Assembly: GCA_963727895.1 (NCBI GenBank)
Contig: CAVSHT010000008.1
Coordinates: 32,001 to 96,000, forward strand
Source of the DNA: an uncultured Methanosarcinaceae archaeon
GTDB taxonomy: Archaea > Halobacteriota > Methanosarcinia > Methanosarcinales > Methanosarcinaceae
Length of the DNA: 64,000 nucleotides
Direction of reading: 5' to 3'
The notes under the pieces are model-generated. The model searched no databases, was not told where the DNA came from, and saw nothing but the letters and a program-made list of their open reading frames with translations. A program made the position numbers and the translations under genes. This document shows positions 45,475 through 56,809 of the stretch, one piece after another (positions within the stretch are counted from its first letter, which is position 1; each line of letters begins with the position of its first letter).

Positions 45475-46614
45475 ATGTCTTATGACATTTACTCGCAGGT
45501 TCAGATGATGAAAGCAGTACTAGGCTTAGAAGACGGAACAGTTATTAGGGGCACCGGTTTTGGTGCTGAAGGCACAGCTTGCGGCGAACTTGTTTTTACT
45601 ACTCAATTCACAGGATATGAGGAAGCTTTGACAGATCCTTCTTACAAGGGTCAGATTTTAATGTTCACTAACCCCCTTATCGGAAACTATGGTGTAAGTG
45701 GGGAACGCGCCCAGTCCGATAATATGCATGCAGAAGGGCTTGTTGTCAGGGAAGCCTGCAAAAAACCCTATCATTATAAATCAACTCGTTCTATCCTCAA
45801 ATATTTAGAGGATGAAGGAAAGCCAGGAATTGAAGGCGTTGACACCCGGATGCTTACTATAGGAGCAAGGGAACACGGAACTATGAGAGCAGCTCTTATC
45901 ACAGGCAGTGACGACGGAGAAGAGGCTGTTGATGTAGCAAGAAACCTCCCACAAACCACAGATGAGGAACTTATCTCCCTTGTAACCTGTAAAGAACCGC
46001 GTTTTATTCCCGGAGCAGAAGGCGCCTGGAAAGGCACAAGCAAACGCAAACATGCAGTTGTAGTTGACCTTGGGATTAAGCGCAATATCATAAATAACCT
46101 GCAAAAACGAGGTATTGACCTTACACTGGTTCCTGCAACTACAAAGCCTTCGGAGATTGCAAGTTACGAACCGGATCTCCTTTTCATTTCAAACGGACCC
46201 GGAAACCCGGAAAAAGTAACGGATGCGATCAATGCAGTAAAGGCTTTTGCAGGCACGATTCCGGTTTGCGGGATATGTTTTGGGCACCAGATTATCTCCC
46301 TTGCTATGGGAGCAAGTACCTACAAGTTGAAATTCGGGCACAGGGGCGGAAACCAGCCAGTAAAAGACCTTATTGAAAACAAGATTTTCATAACCTCCCA
46401 GAACCACGGGTATGCCGTTGATTCAGGTTCCCTTGATGATACAGGGCTTTATGTGAAATACCTTAACGCAAACGACAAAACCGTAGAAGGAGTTTCTCAC
46501 AAAGATCTGGATATTTTCAGTGTTCAGTTCCATCCTGAAGCTCAGGCAGGGCCACTTGATACCGAGGAAATGTTCTTTGGCAAGGTTGTAAAGATCCTCG
46601 GAGGTGAGATTTAA
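45475..46614 (+). CDS. carA: Carbamoyl-phosphate synthase small subunit (start may be 45505)
   Basis: TDPSYKGQ, GICFGHQ, SQNHG and QFHPEA motifs. Confidence 0.96.
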   Translation: MSYDIYSQVQMMKAVLGLEDGTVIRGTGFGAEGTACGELVFTTQFTGYEEALTDPSYKGQILMFTNPLIGNYGVSGERAQSDNMHAEGLVVREACKKPYHYKSTRSILKYLEDEGKPGIEGVDTRMLTIGAREHGTMRAALITGSDDGEEAVDVARNLPQTTDEELISLVTCKEPRFIPGAEGAWKGTSKRKHAVVVDLGIKRNIINNLQKRGIDLTLVPATTKPSEIASYEPDLLFISNGPGNPEKVTDAINAVKAFAGTIPVCGICFGHQIISLAMGASTYKLKFGHRGGNQPVKDLIENKIFITSQNHGYAVDSGSLDDTGLYVKYLNANDKTVEGVSHKDLDIFSVQFHPEAQAGPLDTEEMFFGKVVKILGGEI

Positions 46615-49600
46615 TGCCTAAACGCGAGGACATAAAGAAAGTTTTGCTTATTGGATCAGGACCAATTACTATTGGACAGGCTGCAGAATTCGATTTTTCA
46701 GGCAGTCAGGCTTGCAGGTCTTTAAAAGAAGAAGGGATTAAGGTTGTACTTGTAAACTCAAACCCTGCAACCATCATGACTGACCCTGAAATGGCCGACT
46801 CGGTATATATCGAACCCCTTGATGCCAAAATAGTGGAAAGGATTATTGAAAAAGAACGCCCTGACGGAATTATTGCAGGTATTGGTGGTCAAACCGGCCT
46901 TAATATTACCAGTGAACTTGCGGAAAAGGGCATTTTTGAGAAGTATGGAGTTCAAATCCTTGGAACTCCTGTTGAAGCAATTCAAAATACTGAAGACCGG
47001 GAACTCTTTAAAGAGACTATGCTCAGGATAGGGGAAAAGGTTCCCTTAAGTCGGGCAGTAAATACTTTAAAAGAAGCCGAAGACGTTGTTGAAGAACTTG
47101 GCCTTCCTCTTATAATCCGTCCGGCTTACACTCTTGGGGGCGCAGGAGGCGGAATTGCCCGCACAAAAGAAGAATTGCTTGAAATAACGGAGCGCGGGCT
47201 CAGGCGCAGTCGCATCAACCAAGTGCTCATTGAAGAAAGTGTTCTTGGCTGGGCAGAAGTAGAGTATGAGGTCATGAGAGATGCAAACGATACCTGTATT
47301 GTAATTTGTAACATGGAAAATATTGACCCTATGGGTGTGCATACAGGAGAATCAGCAGTTGTTGCTCCCTCCCAGACCTTAAGCGATGCCGAGCACCAGA
47401 TGCTCAGAAGTGCTTCAATCAAGATAATTCGGGCTCTGAAGATAGAAGGTGGATGTAATATACAGTACGCCTTAAAAGAAGGCGATTATCGTATTGTTGA
47501 GGTGAATCCAAGGGTTTCAAGGTCTTCAGCTCTTGCATCAAAGGCTACAGGCTACCCTATTGCCCGTGTAACTGCAAAAATTGCACTCGGGATGATGCTT
47601 GATGAAATTATAAATAATGTCACTAAGAGCACCCCAGCTTCTTTTGAACCTGCTCTGGACTATGTAATTACAAAGATCCCCAGGTGGCCTTTTGACAAGT
47701 TCACAACAGCAGATAAAACTCTTACAACAGCTATGAAAAGTACCGGAGAAGTCATGGCTATTGGCAGGACAATTGAAGAATCCTTGTTAAAAGCTTTCAA
47801 GTCACTGGATATTGACAATCAGCTAGGAAATAAACACTGGGAAGAACCTGAAACAAAAACTCTTCTTAAAACGCCTACAAGTGAACGTCTTTTTGTTATT
47901 TTTGATGCACTTGAGAAAGGTATGTCGGTAAAGGAAATTGCTGAACTTTCGAGCATTAACCCCTTCTTCATCTCAAAAATCAAAAGGATCGTGGATATGG
48001 AAAAGCGCATCAGAGCAGAAGAACTTACTCCTGAATTTCTGCATGAAGTAAAAAAGATGGGCTTTCCTGATACCCGCATTGCCGAGCTTACTGGTAAGAC
48101 CAGTCAGGAAATAAGTGACCTCAGACATACAGCCGGAATCCTTGCCACCTTCAAGATGGTAGATACCTGTGCAGCCGAGTTCGAAGCAGCTACTCCATAT
48201 TATTATTCTACCTACGAAGATACCTGCGAGACATACAGTACAGACAAGAAGAAGATTCTGATCCTTGGCGCAGGTCCGATCAGAATAGGGCAGGGAATTG
48301 AATTTGACTACTGTACCGTTCATGCAGTCACTGCGCTTAGGGAAGAAGGTATTGAGACTCATATCATTAATAACAATCCTGAAACTGTATCTACAGACTT
48401 TGATACCTCAGACAAGCTCTTTTTTGAACCTCTTACTCTTGAGTATGTTATGAATGTAATTGAGCGTGAGAGGCCTGATGGGATCCTGGTGCAGTTCGGA
48501 GGGCAGACCTCTGTGAACCTTGCAATTCCACTCAAGGAGGAATTAAAGCGCAGGACTGACCTTAATACTGTGATTATGGGTACAGATCCTGATGATATGG
48601 ATCTTGCCGAAGATAGGGAAAAATTCTATATTTTAATGCAGAAACTTGGCGTTCCACAACCTGAAGGTGGATATGCAACTTCCAAAGAGGAAGCAATTGA
48701 GGTTGCAAAGCGGATCGGTTTCCCCGTACTTGTTCGTCCTTCTTATGTTCTCGGCGGAAGAGCAATGGAAATCGTATACGATGAAATCGATCTTGAACGC
48801 TATATGAAAGAAGCAGTCAGGGTTTCTCACGAACACCCAATACTAATTGACGATTTCCTTGAGGAAGCCGCTGAAATTGATGTGGATGCAGTCTGCGACC
48901 AGAAAGACGTACTTATTGGCGCAATAATGGAACACATTGAGGAAGCGGGTGTTCACTCTGGAGATTCAGCATGTGTAATTCCACCCCAGACCCTCTCGCC
49001 TGAGGTTCTTGAACAGGTGAGGGATTATACCCGCAAAATAGCTCTTGCACTCAGGGTTAAGGGATTGATCAATATACAGATGGCAGAGAAAGATGGTAAA
49101 GTCTATGTTCTTGAAGCAAACCCGCGTTCAAGCAGGACAATTCCTTTTGTTTCAAAAGCTGTAGGAATCCAACTTGCAAAGATTGCAGCCAAAGTAATTG
49201 CAGGACACAGTTTAAAGAGCCTGGGTTATACGGACGAACCAAAACCCAAACATGTCTCAATTAAGGAAGTCCTCCTGCCTTTCGACAAATTACCTGGTGC
49301 TGATCCTGTCCTTGGTCCGGAGATGAAAAGTACTGGCGAGGTCATGGGTATTGATTACGATTTCGGAAGAGCATATTATAAAGCTGAGCTTGCAGCAGAC
49401 AATGTTTTACCTTTGACTGGAAAAGTTTTCCTTTCCATAAGGAATGCAGACAAAACCGAACTTATCGACGTTGCAAAGAAACTGCAGGCAGCAGGCCTTG
49501 AACTCATGGGTACACAGGGCACTGTAAATTATCTTGCACAGCACGGGGTCTTCATGGATGTAGTGAAAAAGGTTCATGACGGGAGCCCGAATGTCATAGA

Positions 49601-49838
49601 TATGATGCGCAGGGACGAGGTTGATCTTATCATCAATACTCCAACAAGCAAACAGTCTAGAAAGGATGGCTCAAGGATCAGGCGGGCAGCAGTAGACTTC
49701 AAGGTTCCATACATCACTACAATGCAGGCAGCAATTGCAGCAGCCGATGCTATTGAAACCATGAAAAAGGGACAGGACCTTACAATTAAATCCATCAACG
49801 AGTACCACAAGGAGATGGAGCAGGAAAACAAAGCTTAA
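46614..49838 (+). CDS. carB: Carbamoyl-phosphate synthase large subunit
   Basis: MPKREDIKK...GQAAEFD, duplicated ATP-grasp domains, MGS domain. Confidence 0.98.
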   Translation: MPKREDIKKVLLIGSGPITIGQAAEFDFSGSQACRSLKEEGIKVVLVNSNPATIMTDPEMADSVYIEPLDAKIVERIIEKERPDGIIAGIGGQTGLNITSELAEKGIFEKYGVQILGTPVEAIQNTEDRELFKETMLRIGEKVPLSRAVNTLKEAEDVVEELGLPLIIRPAYTLGGAGGGIARTKEELLEITERGLRRSRINQVLIEESVLGWAEVEYEVMRDANDTCIVICNMENIDPMGVHTGESAVVAPSQTLSDAEHQMLRSASIKIIRALKIEGGCNIQYALKEGDYRIVEVNPRVSRSSALASKATGYPIARVTAKIALGMMLDEIINNVTKSTPASFEPALDYVITKIPRWPFDKFTTADKTLTTAMKSTGEVMAIGRTIEESLLKAFKSLDIDNQLGNKHWEEPETKTLLKTPTSERLFVIFDALEKGMSVKEIAELSSINPFFISKIKRIVDMEKRIRAEELTPEFLHEVKKMGFPDTRIAELTGKTSQEISDLRHTAGILATFKMVDTCAAEFEAATPYYYSTYEDTCETYSTDKKKILILGAGPIRIGQGIEFDYCTVHAVTALREEGIETHIINNNPETVSTDFDTSDKLFFEPLTLEYVMNVIERERPDGILVQFGGQTSVNLAIPLKEELKRRTDLNTVIMGTDPDDMDLAEDREKFYILMQKLGVPQPEGGYATSKEEAIEVAKRIGFPVLVRPSYVLGGRAMEIVYDEIDLERYMKEAVRVSHEHPILIDDFLEEAAEIDVDAVCDQKDVLIGAIMEHIEEAGVHSGDSACVIPPQTLSPEVLEQVRDYTRKIALALRVKGLINIQMAEKDGKVYVLEANPRSSRTIPFVSKAVGIQLAKIAAKVIAGHSLKSLGYTDEPKPKHVSIKEVLLPFDKLPGADPVLGPEMKSTGEVMGIDYDFGRAYYKAELAADNVLPLTGKVFLSIRNADKTELIDVAKKLQAAGLELMGTQGTVNYLAQHGVFMDVVKKVHDGSPNVIDMMRRDEVDLIINTPTSKQSRKDGSRIRRAAVDFKVPYITTMQAAIAAADAIETMKKGQDLTIKSINEYHKEMEQENKA

Positions 49839-50078
49839 CTGGCAACAACCTGGTAAAGACTGAACTGAAAAAAGCCTGAGTAAACACTGAACCGAAAAGA
49901 TGGCTTGTCTGTCATCTTTTATATTACATTTAGACTATTAATTCTATTCAGTTTTACTGTATGAATAAGAAAATATCTGTGTTATATCTTTTTCAAGTAT
50001 ATTTATCTCAAGTTACTTATTACGCTTATTTGTTTTAATCTATAGTTTTAATTCATAAGTTAAAGGGGTAATAAAAGC

Positions 50079-51266
50079 ATGGCAAAGAAAGTTGCACTTG
50101 CATATTCAGGAGGGCTTGACACCTCGGTGTGCATACCTATCCTTAAAGAAAAGTACGGATACGATGAAGTAATTACAATCTCGGTCGATGTAGGCCAGCC
50201 TGAAGAGGAAATCAAGAGAGCTGATATGAAAGCCGAGAAGATCAGCAACAAGCATTATACGATTGATGCAAAGGAAGAGTTCGTTAATGATTATATCCTC
50301 CCCCTGATCAAAGCCAATGGAAATTATGAAGGCTATGTGATGGGAACTTCAGTTGCTCGTCCGTTGATTGCCAAAAAAGTAGTTGAAGCTGCAAAAAAAG
50401 AAGGCGCAGTTGCCCTTGCACACGGGTGCACAGGAAAAGGCAATGATCAGCTCCGTTTCGAGGCTGTTTTCCGCCAGACTGATATGGACGTAATCGCCCC
50501 AATGCGGGAAATGAACCTGACCCGCGAGTGGGAAATCGACTACGCAAAAGAGCACGGAATCCCAGTGGAAGTCACAAAGTCCAAGCCCTGGAGCATTGAC
50601 GAAAATATCTGGAGCCGCAGCATCGAAGGCGGCAGACTTGAAGATCCATCTTTTGTCCCGCCGGAAGAGATCTTTGAGTGGACAACTTCGCCTGAAAAAG
50701 CTCCTGACCAGCCCAGGATTGTTGACATCGGTTTTGAAGCAGGCGTTCCAGTTTCCCTTGACGGCGAAAAAATGAGCGGCTACGCCCTTGTGAAGAAAAT
50801 GAATGAAATTGCAGGCGAAAACGGCGTCGGCAGAACCGACATGATTGAAGACCGTGTTCTCGGCTTAAAAGCCCGCGAGAACTATGAACACCCTGCTGCA
50901 ACCGTTCTCCTCGCAGCCCACGCCGACCTCGAAAAACTCGTTCTGACCCGCAGTGAACTCAAGTTCAAGAAGATCGTTGACGACCAGTGGTCCGAACTTG
51001 CCTATTATGGTCTTGTGGACGAACCGCTTTATGCTGACCTGAATGCTTTTATCGACAAGTCCCAGGAAAGGGTTACAGGTACAGTGAAAGTCAGGCTCTA
51101 CAAAGGCGCCCTTACGATCCTTGCCCGCAGCTCGCCGAATGCGCTCTATTCTGAAGATCTGGTTTCTTTTGACAGCCAGACCATTGACCAGAAGGATGCA
51201 GAAGGGTTTGCGAAGTATCACGGTTTCCAGGCGAGGATGTACAGGAAAGTGATGGATAAACAGTAA
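50079..51266 (+). CDS. argG: Argininosuccinate synthase
   Basis: AYSGGLDTS and [13 protein letters not shown] motifs. Confidence 0.98.
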   Translation: MAKKVALAYSGGLDTSVCIPILKEKYGYDEVITISVDVGQPEEEIKRADMKAEKISNKHYTIDAKEEFVNDYILPLIKANGNYEGYVMGTSVARPLIAKKVVEAAKKEGAVALAHGCTGKGNDQLRFEAVFRQTDMDVIAPMREMNLTREWEIDYAKEHGIPVEVTKSKPWSIDENIWSRSIEGGRLEDPSFVPPEEIFEWTTSPEKAPDQPRIVDIGFEAGVPVSLDGEKMSGYALVKKMNEIAGENGVGRTDMIEDRVLGLKARENYEHPAATVLLAAHADLEKLVLTRSELKFKKIVDDQWSELAYYGLVDEPLYADLNAFIDKSQERVTGTVKVRLYKGALTILARSSPNALYSEDLVSFDSQTIDQKDAEGFAKYHGFQARMYRKVMDKQ

Positions 51267-51375
51267 ATTTGAAATTTTCTTTCATTTCCTGCCTGTTTTT
51301 TCAGTAGGCAGGACAATTATTCTCTTTTTTGACTTATTTCTGGCTATTTTTTGATATTCAATTATTTAATTTTTC

Positions 51376-52115
51376 GGCATTGTTACTTAACTATATTTAA
51401 TTATTTATTTCTTTATTTCATCAATAGAATAACCGAGTACTTTAGCATTTCAAGACTCTTCGTATAACACTTTGTCTTTCTTCTCAACCTTGCCAGAAAG
51501 TGCCTCAATATGCTGTTATATCTTTCAACAGTATACGTTTCTGCTTTTGATTGAGTATGGATCTTTTCTGGAAGAAACTCTGCATATGCCCTCCAGTGAT
51601 CGGTCATCACTTCTCCAATCTCTTTTTTCTTCACTTTTTCCCAGAGTAGTTTTCCAGTTTCCGTTCCTCTGCTACCAAAAGAGCAGTTGATAAACTTTTT
51701 CCCAACTCTATCAACAGCAATCCAGATCCAGAAATATTTTGTTTGTTACTTATGTAAGTGTGCATCTCATCCATTTCAACAATAGATATCTCATTTTCGC
51801 TTTTTAGAGCCTCCAACTCCTGACCAAATTTCTTTATCCATTTTTGGACAGAAACATGACTCACCCCTAAAAATCGTCCTATTGAGCGAAAGCCCAATCC
51901 TTCAAGATAGAGTTGTAAAGCCTGTCTTTTTACAGAGACGGAAAAAGCAGTTGATTTTAGCTCTACTATATAGTTATAGCCACAATCAGAGCATTTGTAC
52001 CGTTGACGCCCGCCAACTATACCATTCTTTTTGTGACTGGAACTATTACATTTTGGACAGTTCATGCAGAAATATACTTTCTAATAATATATAACTATGT
52101 TTAAGTATCAATGCC
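51376..52115 (-). mobile_element. IS1-family element, copy 7 (slippery site disrupted)
   Basis: Terminal IRs; AAACAAAA replaces A8; no target duplication. Confidence 0.92.
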
Positions 52116-52960
52116 AAAAATATCTTTAAAAGATACTCCAAAGTATACCGAAAAAATGATACAGGAATATATATCAAATAATCCAAAGATTTTAGGGCTT
52201 GGGGATTTAGAATTAAGAGGCAAAGAAAGATTACAACCTAGTACAGGAAGACTAGATCTTTTGTTCCAAGTTCCAGATTCAACTCAGAGATACGAAGTCG
52301 AAATCCAACTAGGAAAAACTGATGCATCCCATATAATAAGAACAATTGAATATTGGGATATTGAAAGAAAAAGGTACCCACAGTATGATCATTGTGCAGT
52401 AATCGTGACTGAAGACATAAAGAGTAGATTTTCAAATGTAATACAGCTTTTTAATGGAAACCTTCCAATAATTGTAATTCAAATGAATGCTTATGAAACT
52501 GGAGGGAAAATAGGATTAGGCTTTGCTAAAATTATAGACAAGAAGGAGGTAGGTCTTGTTGATGAAGACGAGGAAGTTATAGAAGCTATTGATAAAAGTT
52601 ATTGGGAAGCCAAAAGTTCAAAACAGACAGTTGAGTTAGCAAATAAATTACTCAACTTGATAACAGAAATAGATCCACTTTATAATATAAAATATAACAA
52701 ACATTATATTGGCTTAACAAAAGATGGAAAAACAAATAATTTTGTCAGTTTCAGGCATAGAAAAGATTTTTTATTTTGGCAATTAAGCTTGATCAAACAG
52801 ATGAAATAATGGATGAATTAAGCAAATCCAATTTGGAACTACTAGATTATGATGTAAAAAACATAATTACAGAATCATACTTAATGAAATGGGAATTGAA
52901 ACCAACAAGGAATTACTTAGTAAACTATTCAAAATGTCTTATGACGACTATAATTTTTAA
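52111..52960 (+). pseudogene. PD-(D/E)xK nuclease-like protein, two C-terminal frameshifts; ATG lies inside the IS1 end
   Basis: GRLDLL...YEVEIQLG...HIIRTIEY motif; the C-terminus continues in other frames to TAA at 52960. Confidence 0.7.
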
Positions 52961-53680
52961 TATTGTTGTTTCCTCTTTTCCATATAACTTAGGCAACCAT
53001 TCAATTTGAAAGAAAAATTACCATATAAATATATGCTTTTTTACCAGTATTAGACATATTTTCATAACTGACTAAGGGGTGTAAAGATCCAGAAAAAAAG
53101 TATCCAGTTATTATATTTCCATTTTAATCATAAAATATCTCCCCACAGGGAAAGATCAATTTTATCAAAAAAGCCCTGTGAAGGGCTCCTTTTAAACTCC
53201 TTTTGAATCTGCAATAATCGCGGGTTTTTTAGTTTATAGTGAGTTCATGTCTATTTATCTGAAATTTTAAATTGCCACGTACCTATCTCAGAATTAGGGT
53301 TTTATAACAGGTAATACCCATTTTACCAAAATTGTGAAAATAGCTAATATAATAATAAGCCATATTACCCAACTGGGTAAGTTTTCGGGTGTTTCAACCA
53401 TAATAATAGATATTTCAGAATCATATAAAAAGACGTATAGATAGATTACTCCAACTTACCTTTTTCGAATCAATTTTAAGTTACCTGGAAAGGATATGAA
53501 AAAATTTTCATCTCTTATTAAGCGATCCATTTTCTGGCTATTTTCTTTAGTTTATAATTAACTTGAAAAATTTCCTTAAATCAGACAAATATCTAAAAAC
53601 ATATTTAGTGGAGATTCCAGCAGACAGCCAGCAGGAAAAATATCTAAAAACTGAATTCAATATCAATGGACTTGAATTCT

Positions 53681-53914
53681 TCACAAGTCCTTTTCTCCAA
53701 GCCACTCTTCTCTTGAAATACGAGATTGTTTAAGAATCCTTGTTAGAAGATCAATCCCAATTGCACCCTTATGTGGATTGGGAATCGTTAAAACAAGATC
53801 TCCTTTTCTCATAAAAGGATGCTTTCCGCCAGAATAAGATCCTTCAAATCCCAGTTCTTGCAATCTTTTAACAAAGGTTCGCCAATCGACAGGGACCAGC
53901 TTAGACAATTGCAA
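53681..53914 (-). CDS. hicA: HicA-family toxin (mRNA interferase)
   Basis: GGKHPFMRK...TIPNPH...LLTRILKQ motif. Confidence 0.85.
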   Translation of the reverse strand: MQLSKLVPVDWRTFVKRLQELGFEGSYSGGKHPFMRKGDLVLTIPNPHKGAIGIDLLTRILKQSRISREEWLGEKDL

Positions 53915-54152
53915 TATCTCCTGGTTCTTTGATTACATAGTCCCCGATCCGTGGCAGAGGTAGTCCATTTCTCAATCTGATAACGATCCATTCATCAATG
54001 ACTTCTTCCAAGTTTCTACGACATTCTTCAAGTGTCTTGCCTGTAGCCCATACACCCTCAAGTTCGGGAACTTCTCCATAATAAGGTTCTTCGTCATCGA
54101 TTATTTCGTATTTTGCTCTTTCAAGAGCCGCGTGGATATACTGGATGAGCAT
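53901..54152 (-). CDS. hicB: HicB-family antitoxin
   Basis: YYGEVPELEGVWATGKTLEEC motif; overlaps hicA. Confidence 0.85.
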   Translation of the reverse strand: MLIQYIHAALERAKYEIIDDEEPYYGEVPELEGVWATGKTLEECRRNLEEVIDEWIVIRLRNGLPLPRIGDYVIKEPGDIAIV

Positions 54153-54434
54153 AATTACACCTTTCCGAACTGATATATTTAGTTTTATACTGTTTAAATC
54201 TTATATAGGTTATGCGAATCGGGTTAGATCTGTAAGAATTACAGTCTTTAATTTCTCTTTTCTTGACAATTGTATTCGGGGAAAATTTCAGCAGACCATC
54301 GGCTGGAGAAATATATTAAAACTGAACGTGAAGAAAAGCTCACTTAAAAGTATATTCATAATTTATGTGAATTTTAAAAAAATAGAAAAAAAATAAGATA
54401 AGTGTTGATGCAAACTTAATTGCAGAAATAACAC

Positions 54435-54623
54435 TTAGTATCTTCTGTTTTCTCTGGGCGTCCTGTGGTTAGGAAGACAATCCCTGCAATAAACTGGTCT
54501 TTCTGGGTCAGGTTTGAAAGGCACTTCTGTCTCAACATTGCAGTCTGAACAGGTTGCTTTGTGCATTTCTCTTGGAGCGCCGAAATTAGAATTTCCTCTG
54601 AAGTTACTGTCATTAAAAGCCAT
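54435..54623 (-). CDS. CxxC-x17-CxxC zinc-ribbon protein, copy A
   Basis: CSDC-x17-CRDC with VPFKP..RPVY; SD AGGTGA. Confidence 0.9.
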   Translation of the reverse strand: MAFNDSNFRGNSNFGAPREMHKATCSDCNVETEVPFKPDPERPVYCRDCLPNHRTPRENRRY

Positions 54624-54675
54624 TTTTGTTTCACCTTTGTTTTTAGTTTTTGTTTTAGTTTTTATTAATTGTTTT

Positions 54676-54754
54676 AAAATAAGATTGTATAGAACTCTTT
54701 GATTAAAAACAAAAGTTGGTTTTTAATAACAGATTATTATACATCTCTTTATTT
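54676..54754 (-). promoter_or_regulatory. Conserved 5'-leader stem-loop, copy A (TATA box at 54780-54787)
   Basis: Inner stem ATTAAAAAC/GTTTTTAAT, outer GTATA/TATAC and AGAT/ATCT pairing; present before all five paralogues. Confidence 0.75.
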
Positions 54755-55192
54755 GTCAATATATATATAGCACTTAAACTATATAAATCTATTTATAAAC
54801 ATAGAGCACAATTTCTCAAATGAGAACAATTTCCAGATATAGTTTGCAGAAGAAGCAACAACCTATTTTCTGAGAACTCCTGAAAACAGAATTTGGTTAA
54901 CAGTTTTCCACTTTTGAAACAATCCTATAACAGAAAAAAATCAGTTTGATCTAAAAAAGCTGCCCTGCAAAGTGTCTCTCTTAAATCTACTAAAATAGCG
55001 GGTTTTTCAATTTCACTTTGATTCTTAAAAAACGTTTTCGGAGAGATTTCAGCATGCCGCCGGCAGAAAAATATATTTTAACTGAATCAAACGTGACAAA
55101 GAGTCCAGTTACAAAAGATATTCCACATTTGGTTTATTTTAAAAAATGGAAATGAAAAAAGTGTTGATGTAAACTTAGTTAACAAATAATAT

Positions 55193-55390
55193 TTAGTATC
55201 TATCTTGTCTGGGTTTTCTGTGTTTAGGAAGACATTCTCTACAGTAAACCGGTCTTTCCGGGTCAGGTTCAAAAGGTACTTCGGTTTCAACACCACAATC
55301 AGAACATTTTGTCTTGTGCATTTCCCTGGGAGCTCCAAAGCCTCCACGGTTGCTGTCTCTTCCTCTGCTTCCTCTGTCATTAAAGGCCAT
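55193..55390 (-). CDS. CxxC-x17-CxxC zinc-ribbon protein, copy B
   Basis: CSDC-x17-CREC; RG/RGG-rich N-terminus. Confidence 0.9.
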   Translation of the reverse strand: MAFNDRGSRGRDSNRGGFGAPREMHKTKCSDCGVETEVPFEPDPERPVYCRECLPKHRKPRQDRY

Positions 55391-55429
55391 TTGTTTTCAC
55401 CTTTGGTTTTAGTTGTTAGTTGTTGCTGA

Positions 55430-55509
55430 AAAATAAGATTGTATACGACTCTTTGGTTAAAAACAAAAATTGGTTTTTAACGACAGATTGTCATACATCT
55501 CTTTATTTT
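55430..55509 (-). promoter_or_regulatory. Conserved 5'-leader stem-loop, copy B (TATA box at 55535-55542)
   Basis: Inner stem GTTAAAAAC/GTTTTTAAC, compensatory relative to copy A. Confidence 0.75.
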
Positions 55510-56009
55510 CAATATCTATACATTGCATTTAAAATATATAAGTATTCCTATAATTATAAAAATATTTTCATTTAAATGAAAGAAAAATTTGTGATCAGGG
55601 TTTCTGGAGTAGATAAAATGCCTAAAATTCCAATTCCGGCTGATTATCCGATAAAGCAAAATTGTTGACCCTGCAAAATGTTATCTTTTAAACCTGCAAA
55701 AATTACGGGTTTTTTAGCTCTCTTTTCTTAGCAAATGTATAAGGGAAGATTTCAGAAGACCCGCGGCAGGAAAATTATCTCTAAATAGAAGAGGAAGTAA
55801 TAAACGAAATTTCAGCGTCCTTCTTTAGCAATTATAGACATTAAGTGCAAAATATATAAACAACTCATTGTCTATAGAACTTCTCCATGTCAACGCAGAC
55901 GCGTTCCTGCAGAAAAGTGAAATATATATTTCAGGCATCTTTTTTAGACGCCTTTATTTCAGATACCTATATAAAGCATCTTTATTCTGATACTTTTAGA
56001 TCAATAAAA

Positions 56010-56363
56010 TCAATACGTAATGTAGCCTTTTCGCTCAAGCCATTCGACCTGGGGTCTTGTGTATTTCCAGGTTACTTCGGCTTTGGAGTCTTGGACTTCC
56101 CAGGGATTGGCTATGACAACATCGCCTTCGTGAATCCACATTCTCTTCTTTTTAGAGCCCGGTATCCTTCCCATGCGGACAATTCCATCCATACACTGAA
56201 GTGTTACCCTTTTCGAGCCGAGTAAACATGCAACTGTTGCCAGGACTTCATTTCTATCCTTGCGGGGGATTCGTACCCTGGATACTTCCTGGGTACTTCC
56301 TGAGTTTACCGGTTTTGATGATCCTAATCTTCTTTTTCTGATAGTGCTTCTATAATTAGCCAG
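56010..56363 (-). CDS. eif1a: Archaeal translation initiation factor aIF1A paralogue 1 (probable CTG start)
   Basis: RVRIP...[33 protein letters not shown]...WKYT motif; GAGGA SD 6 nt before CTG. Confidence 0.92.
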   Translation of the reverse strand: MANYRSTIRKRRLGSSKPVNSGSTQEVSRVRIPRKDRNEVLATVACLLGSKRVTLQCMDGIVRMGRIPGSKKKRMWIHEGDVVIANPWEVQDSKAEVTWKYTRPQVEWLERKGYITY

Positions 56364-56587
56364 GTTAATTCCTCGTTGGTATACTTTGATTAATTTTTGT
56401 AAAAGTTTGCTGTTGGGCAATTTGTACAGGTTCTCATTCTCGATATCGTTTTGTTCTTATTTTTCCTTGCCGCATGAGGGTGGAATAAATAAAGAAACAA
56501 AGAGAATAAACCAAAAAACAAAAAGAAAAGATGAATCAGGAGTTAATGTAAAATAATTACAAAATTAACGCCTAATACAGATTATCT

Positions 56588-56770
56588 TTAGAACTTCCTG
56601 TGGTTAGGAAGACAATCTCTGCAGTATACTGGCCTGCCTTCTGTGGGTTTGAACGGTACTTCGGTCTCAACACCGCAGTCAGAACAGGTCACTTTTGTCA
56701 TTTCCCTTGGTCCGCTGTTACCGCGGAAACCTCCGGAATTTCCCCTGAAATTTCTGTCATTAAAAGCCAT
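56588..56770 (-). CDS. CxxC-x17-CxxC zinc-ribbon protein, copy C
   Basis: Identical in protein to copy E despite several synonymous differences. Confidence 0.92.
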   Translation of the reverse strand: MAFNDRNFRGNSGGFRGNSGPREMTKVTCSDCGVETEVPFKPTEGRPVYCRDCLPNHRKF

Positions 56771-56809
56771 TTTCGTTTCACCTCCGCTCTAGCGGATAGT
56801 CAATAGTTT

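Noticed and set aside
56364..56420. TTG start at 56420 for aIF1A-1 as given by the ORF track
   Set aside because: The 19-aa extension is not conserved in paralogue 2 and has no SD; the SD lies just before the CTG.
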